Source: Vicinamibacterales bacterium
GTDB lineage: Bacteria; Acidobacteriota; Vicinamibacteria; Vicinamibacterales; UBA2999
DNA length: 64,000 nucleotides
NCBI GenBank assembly: GCA_035711805.1
Contig: DASTBV010000113.1
Location: forward strand, 348 to 64,347
Direction: 5' to 3'
Shown: piece after piece, positions 56,121 through 64,000 of the stretch
How the letters are laid out: the number at the start of each line of letters is the position of its first letter
How positions within the stretch are numbered: position 1 is the stretch's first letter
The notes under the pieces: generated by a model
What the model saw: only the letters and a program-made list of their open reading frames with translations
The model's database searches: none
Told to the model about the DNA's origin: nothing
Translations under genes and position numbers: made by a program

Positions 56121-57395
56121 ATGAAAACCGAATTCACCGACGTCAGCGAGACCAAGAAGACCCTCACGATCGAGATCCCGAGCGACATCGTCGACGCGGA
56201 GATCAACAAGGTCGCGAAGGGCTACTCGAAGCAGGCCAAGCTGCCCGGCTTCAGGCCTGGCAAGGTTCCGGCGACGATCGTCAAGCAGCGCTTCAAGGAC
56301 CAGATCCTGCACGACGTGATGCATGGCCTGATTCCTCGTGCGGTCGAGGAGGCGCTGCAGGAGCGCGGCATCGAGCCTGTGGACACCCCCAACATCAAGG
56401 ACGTCGTGCTCGAAGAGGGACAGCCGCTGAAATTCACGGCAGCGGTTGAAACCGTTCCGGCGTTCGATCCCGGCGACCTCGGTACGCTGTCGGCGACGCG
56501 TCCGTCGGCGGCGGTCACCGACGACGCGGTCGAGCAGATGCTGCAACGGCTGCGCGAACGGTCGGCGAAGTTCGAGCCCGTTGAAGGCCGCGCCATCGCC
56601 GAGGGCGACACCGCCGTTCTGGATATCGATCGCAAGGATGCAGACAGCGACGCCGACCGTCATGAGAACGTGTCGATCGAAATCGGCGGGCCGGCGAACC
56701 CGCCGGGCTTCGACGCCAACCTCGTCGGACTCGCGGCCGGAGACGACAAGACCTTCACGATCCACTTCCCCGCTGACTATGCCGTCAAGGAGATGGCCGA
56801 CACCGACGTCATGTACTCCGTCAAGGTCAAGGACGTTCGCCGCAAGGTGCTGCCGGAGCTTGACGATGAGTTTGCAAAGGACCTGGGGGCCTTCGACTCG
56901 CTGGCAGCGTTGCGCGACAAGATCCGCGCGGATCTCGAAGAGGAGGCACGCGAGAGCGCAACTCGACAGGTGCGCTCCACGATCCTGAAGCAGCTGTCCG
57001 ACCGGGTCACCTTCGACCTTCCGACGTCCCTTGTCGAGCGAGAGATCGATCGCCGGCTCGAGGAGTTCGCCCGCCAGTTGATGCAGCAGAACGTGGACCC
57101 GAGGCAGGCCGGCATCGACTGGGCCCAGTTCCGGGAAGCTCAGCGGGATCCGGCGCGGGCGGCCGTCGCCAGCGCCCTGGCGCTGGACGAGATCGCCCGG
57201 CGCGAAAACATTACGGTTGCGGCCGAAGATGTCGATAAGGAGATTGAACGCTTTGCAGCCCGGGCCGGCCGGACGCCGGCGGCGCTGCGCGCGCAGCTGG
57301 AGAAGGAAGGGGGCGTGGCGCGGCTGTATGCCGGGTTACGCCGGGAGAAGGCGGTTGACTTGGCGCTGACGCATGCTACTATCACCGACGAGTAG
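56121..57395 (+). CDS. tig: trigger factor
   Basis: Trimmed to ATG 56121 (MKTEFTDVSETKKTLTIEIP..). ..GFRPGKVP.. ribosome-binding motif. Followed by clpP-clpX. Confidence 0.9.
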   Translation: MKTEFTDVSETKKTLTIEIPSDIVDAEINKVAKGYSKQAKLPGFRPGKVPATIVKQRFKDQILHDVMHGLIPRAVEEALQERGIEPVDTPNIKDVVLEEGQPLKFTAAVETVPAFDPGDLGTLSATRPSAAVTDDAVEQMLQRLRERSAKFEPVEGRAIAEGDTAVLDIDRKDADSDADRHENVSIEIGGPANPPGFDANLVGLAAGDDKTFTIHFPADYAVKEMADTDVMYSVKVKDVRRKVLPELDDEFAKDLGAFDSLAALRDKIRADLEEEARESATRQVRSTILKQLSDRVTFDLPTSLVEREIDRRLEEFARQLMQQNVDPRQAGIDWAQFREAQRDPARAAVASALALDEIARRENITVAAEDVDKEIERFAARAGRTPAALRAQLEKEGGVARLYAGLRREKAVDLALTHATITDE

Positions 57396-57524
57396 CCCGC
57401 CGAACCCGTTGACGAACAATGATTTGCGTCACGTAGCGGGTCCGGGCGACGTCGCTTCCGAAGTCCACCAATCGCCATTCACGATTCGCCATACGATTCA
57501 CACATCGCTAATCACAAATCGTTG

Positions 57525-58121
57525 ATGAACTACTCCCAGCTAGTGCCGATGGTGGTCGAGCAGACCAACCGGGGCGAACGCGCCTACGACATCTATTCGC
57601 GGCTGCTGAAGGACAGCATCATCTTCATCGGGACGCCGATCGACGATCAGATCGCCAACCTGGCGATCGCGCAGATGCTGTTCCTGGAGGCGGAAGATCC
57701 CGACAAGGACATCATGCTCTACATCAACAGTCCGGGTGGGTCGATTACCGCCGGGCTCGCGATCTACGACACGATGCAGTTCATCAAGCCTGACGTGCAG
57801 ACGATCTGCATCGGCCAGGCGGCGTCGATGGCGGCTGTGCTGCTGGCTGCCGGCGCCAAGGGCAAGCGGTTTTCGCTCCCCAACTCCCGGATCGTCATCC
57901 ACCAGCCGCTCATGCAGGGGCTGGCCGGCCAGGCAACCGACATCGATATCCATGCGCGTGAAATTCTGCGCATGCGCGAGCGGCTCAACGAAATCCTTGT
58001 GCACCACACGGGGCAGACGTTCAAGCGGATCCAGGAAGACACCGAGCGCGATTACATCATGTCGGCGGACCAGGGAAAGGAATACGGGATAATCGATGAC
58101 GTCATCCGGAAACGGGTGTAA
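57525..58121 (+). CDS. clpP: ATP-dependent Clp protease proteolytic subunit
   Basis: ..[30 protein letters not shown]... TTG 57522 is an alternative start. Confidence 0.95.
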   Translation: MNYSQLVPMVVEQTNRGERAYDIYSRLLKDSIIFIGTPIDDQIANLAIAQMLFLEAEDPDKDIMLYINSPGGSITAGLAIYDTMQFIKPDVQTICIGQAASMAAVLLAAGAKGKRFSLPNSRIVIHQPLMQGLAGQATDIDIHAREILRMRERLNEILVHHTGQTFKRIQEDTERDYIMSADQGKEYGIIDDVIRKRV

Positions 58122-58131
58122 AGTGGAGACA

Positions 58132-58189
58132 AAACCGGGTTTAATTTTCGCCTAGGTCCCTCTCCGAAAATTAAACCCGGTTTCTTTTC
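58132..58189 (+). terminator. AT-rich 19-bp perfect stem plus T-rich tail between clpP and clpX (terminator/attenuator)
   Basis: AAACCGGGTTTAATTTTCG (58132-58150) pairs with CGAAAATTAAACCCGGTTT (58165-58183), then CTTTTC. Confidence 0.55.
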
Positions 58190-58192
58190 AGC

Positions 58193-59439
<1,247 letters not shown>

Positions 59440-59440
<1 letters not shown>

Positions 59441-59522
59441 GCCTCAGGGCCCAGGCCTCAGGCCTCAGGGCTGGTCAAGGCCCGAGCCTGCTGAGGCCTG
59501 AGGCCTGAATCCTGAGGCCTTC
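59440..59522. repeat. micro-repeat palindrome with GGCCTCA / CTGAGGC units
   Basis: GGCCTCAGG GCCCAGG CCTCAGG CCTCAGGG..loop..CTGAGGC CTGAGGC CTGAATC CTGAGGCC. Lies in the clpX|lon spacer. Confidence 0.9.
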
Positions 59523-59532
59523 AAGGATCCTG

Positions 59533-61920
<2,388 letters not shown>

Positions 61921-61937
61921 ACCGTCTTCACGATAAC

Positions 61938-62014
61938 GGGCCACGGAGACACGAAGACACGGAGCTTCTGAGTTGTTTCTTCTCCGCGACTCCGTGACTC
62001 CGTGCCTCCGTGGC
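61938..62014. repeat. CACGGAG/CTCCGTG micro-repeat palindrome, copy 4
   Basis: GGGCCACGGAGACACGAAGACACGGAG-cttctgagttgtttct-TCTCCGCGACTCCGTGACTCCGTGCCTCCGTGGC. Lies in the lon|engB spacer. Confidence 0.9.
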
Positions 62015-62038
62015 GTGTGGAAGTGACTGGCGCCCGCG

Positions 62039-62680
62039 TTGCAGATCTCAGCTGAATTCGTGACCAGCGCAGCGGGCGCGGACGATTTTCCGAAGGAGCG
62101 GCTTCCCGAGGTGGCGCTCGTGGGGCGCTCCAACGTGGGCAAGTCGAGCCTGTTGAACGCGCTGATGCGCCAGTCGTTGGCGCGCACGAGCGCGGCCCCG
62201 GGCAAAACGCGGCTGGCGAACTTCTACCGCGTCAAGCGGGGAGCGGCGTCGGCGCTGTTCCTGGTGGATCTCCCGGGTTATGGCTACGCGCGAGGCGGCG
62301 ATGCGTCCGCGCGGGAGTTCAATCGGCTGGCGGAGGCGTATTTTTCGGGGATCAGGGATGGGGGACCAGGAGTCGGGAAGAAACCGATCCCGGCTCCCCG
62401 GTCCCCGATCCCCATCGGCGTGCTTCTCCTCGTGGACTCGCGCCACCCGGGACTCGAATCGGACATGGATGCGTGGCGATGGCTGCAGATGCAGCAGTGG
62501 CCGCATGCGGTAATCGGAACCAAAGTAGACAAGCTGACGCGCGCCGAGCGGGCGCGCCACGGACGCGAATTCACAACATTGTTTGATATCCCCGTCCCGC
62601 TGATCTCGGCGCACACGGGTGAAGGACTGGATGAACTGTGGAAGATGATCGCAAGCCTGCCAAAGGCAACGGCGGCGTAG
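62039..62680 (+). CDS. engB: ribosome-biogenesis GTPase EngB/YsxC, with an internal repeat-derived insertion
   Basis: TTG start. G1 [13 protein letters not shown]3 DLPGYG, ..LLLVDSRH.., G4 TKVDK. Confidence 0.85.
   Translation: MQISAEFVTSAAGADDFPKERLPEVALVGRSNVGKSSLLNALMRQSLARTSAAPGKTRLANFYRVKRGAASALFLVDLPGYGYARGGDASAREFNRLAEAYFSGIRDGGPGVGKKPIPAPRSPIPIGVLLLVDSRHPGLESDMDAWRWLQMQQWPHAVIGTKVDKLTRAERARHGREFTTLFDIPVPLISAHTGEGLDELWKMIASLPKATAA
62347..62413. repeat. G-heptamer / C-heptamer palindromic element lying in frame inside engB
   Basis: GGGGATC AGGGATG GGGGACC AGGAGTC GGG-aagaaa-CCGATCC CGGCTCC CCGGTCC CCGATCCCC. Encodes [23 protein letters not shown]. Confidence 0.8.
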
Positions 62681-64000
62681 CAACCGCCACCCCTCCCGCC
62701 TCCGCTGAAGCTGCCTCCTCCGCGCCGAGCGCTCCGGCGGACAAGCCGGGGGGCAAGGCGTCCGCGGACGCAACGGCGAAATCCGATGCGCCGGCAGCCA
62801 GGCCCGAAAAAGCCTCCGCCGACAAGCCGTCGGCTCCCGCCTCCGCTGAAGCTACGGCGGGTAAACCGGAGGCTGGCGGCAAGCCCGAGCAGAACGCCAG
62901 AAGCGAACAGGGCGGCAGGCCCGATCGCAGCGAGCGCGGCGCGGGCAATGGTGGTGGGAAGCAACCGCCGGCCGAACGCGGATCTGCCCAGGGCGGGTCC
63001 GGTGACGGGACCGGCGGCCGCCCGCAAGGCGGTCAGCAGAGCGCACCGGCGCAGGCGATTTCGCTGTCGGCGATGAAGGAAATGAGCATCGCGGCGCTCA
63101 CCAAGATCGCCAAGGAGCTCGAGATCGCCGGCGCGACGGGCATGCGCAAACAGGAGCTGATCTTCGAGATCCTCCGCGTGCGCGCCGAGAAGAGCGGCAA
63201 CATCTTCTCGGAAGGCGTGCTCGAGACGCTGCCGGACGGCTTCGGGTTCCTGCGCGCTCCCGACTACAACTACCTGCCCGGTCCGGACGACATCTACGTC
63301 TCGCCGTCGCAGATACGCAAGTTCGACCTGCATACCGGCGACACCGTGTCCGGCGTCATCCGGCCGCCGAAGGACGGCGAGCGCTACTTCGCGCTGATCA
63401 AGGTCGAGGCGATCAACTTCGAGCCACCCGAGAAGACGAAGGAGAAGATCTTCTTCGAGAACCTCACGCCGCTCTACCCGCAGCAGAAGGTCTCTCTCGA
63501 AACGGCGTCGGAGAACCTCTCGGGACGGGTGATGGACCTGCTGACGCCGCTCGGCAAGGGGCAGCGCGGCCTGATCGTCGCCCCGCCACGGACCGGCAAG
63601 ACGATGCTGCTGCAGAGCATCGCGAACAGCATCACGACGAACCACCCCGAGATCTATCTGATCGTGCTGCTCATCGACGAGCGGCCGGAAGAAGTCACCG
63701 ACATGCAGCGCTCGGTGAAAGGCGAGGTCATCTCCTCGACCTTCGACGAGCCGGCGCAGCGGCACGTGCAGGTGGCCGAAATGGTCATCGAGAAGGCCAA
63801 GCGCCTCGTCGAGCACAAGAAAGACGTCGTCATCCTGCTCGACTCGATCACGCGGCTCGCGCGCGCCTACAACACGATCGTGCCGCCGTCGGGCAAGGTG
63901 CTGTCGGGGGGGGTCGACAGCAACGCGCTTCAGCGTCCGAAGCGCTTCTTCGGTGCGGCCAGGAATATCGAAGAGGGCGGATCGCTCACCATCATCGCGA
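62638..64000 (+). CDS. rho: transcription termination factor Rho, partial at the window edge; possible 145-aa disordered N-terminal extension
   Basis: Not in the ORF track because it runs off the edge. My translation from ATG 63073 gives [76 protein letters not shown]... The frame is open back to GTG 62638 ([13 protein letters not shown]..), with no other start in between. Confidence 0.85.
   Translation, partial: MEDDRKPAKGNGGVATATPPASAEAASSAPSAPADKPGGKASADATAKSDAPAARPEKASADKPSAPASAEATAGKPEAGGKPEQNARSEQGGRPDRSERGAGNGGGKQPPAERGSAQGGSGDGTGGRPQGGQQSAPAQAISLSAMKEMSIAALTKIAKELEIAGATGMRKQELIFEILRVRAEKSGNIFSEGVLETLPDGFGFLRAPDYNYLPGPDDIYVSPSQIRKFDLHTGDTVSGVIRPPKDGERYFALIKVEAINFEPPEKTKEKIFFENLTPLYPQQKVSLETASENLSGRVMDLLTPLGKGQRGLIVAPPRTGKTMLLQSIANSITTNHPEIYLIVLLIDERPEEVTDMQRSVKGEVISSTFDEPAQRHVQVAEMVIEKAKRLVEHKKDVVILLDSITRLARAYNTIVPPSGKVLSGGVDSNALQRPKRFFGAARNIEEGGSLTIIA

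Overview
Visibly GC-rich chromosomal segment (GC not computed). It looks like Acidobacteriota, judged from a TIGR03435-type soil-associated protein, a BlaI plus BlaR1(M56)-TonB fusion, and several PQQ beta-propeller dehydrogenases. All calls come from reading the sequence and the ORF track; no database search was possible.

Most of the window is housekeeping:
- deoA-nupC-punA nucleoside salvage operon (minus strand; punA runs off the left edge).
- A translationally coupled HEAT-repeat protein plus HD-GYP phosphodiesterase.
- A six-gene overlapping operon: S8 protease, OMP barrel, short MGMT-like protein, ECF sigma, anti-sigma, DUF4097.
- A phosphodiesterase-like AP-family enzyme, then blaI-blaR1-like genes.
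- mreB-mreC-mreD-mrdA-rodA-rng (minus strand), a GAF-GGDEF cyclase, a PpiD-like chaperone, a CPBP protease and SppA.
- Two PQQ-type sugar dehydrogenases, FKBP and an RlmD-like methyltransferase.
- A Bat-like MoxR-DUF58-vWA operon, an MHS transporter, adh-mmsA and a TolB-like propeller.
- A 2OG oxygenase, an SPFH-RHH pair, an orphan Dam-like methylase and tRNA-Leu(TAG).
- tig-clpP-clpX-lon-engB-rho (rho runs off the right edge).

One accessory patch lies at about 36.4-40.9 kb. It holds a nucleotidyltransferase two-gene module, an IS91-family rolling-circle element, a second solo copy of the block found downstream of its transposase, truncated gene fragments, a passenger lipoprotein ORF and a recQ remnant.

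The most unusual signal is not a gene. Nearly every short spacer carries tandem 7-10 bp micro-repeats, often arranged as two complementary arms that form a palindrome. One word, CACGGAG/CTCCGTG, recurs at four loci; other loci use their own word with the same architecture. The same kind of element also sits in frame inside engB and forms the tails of several proteins. No CRISPR array, cas genes, rRNA, prophage or canonical defence system was seen.
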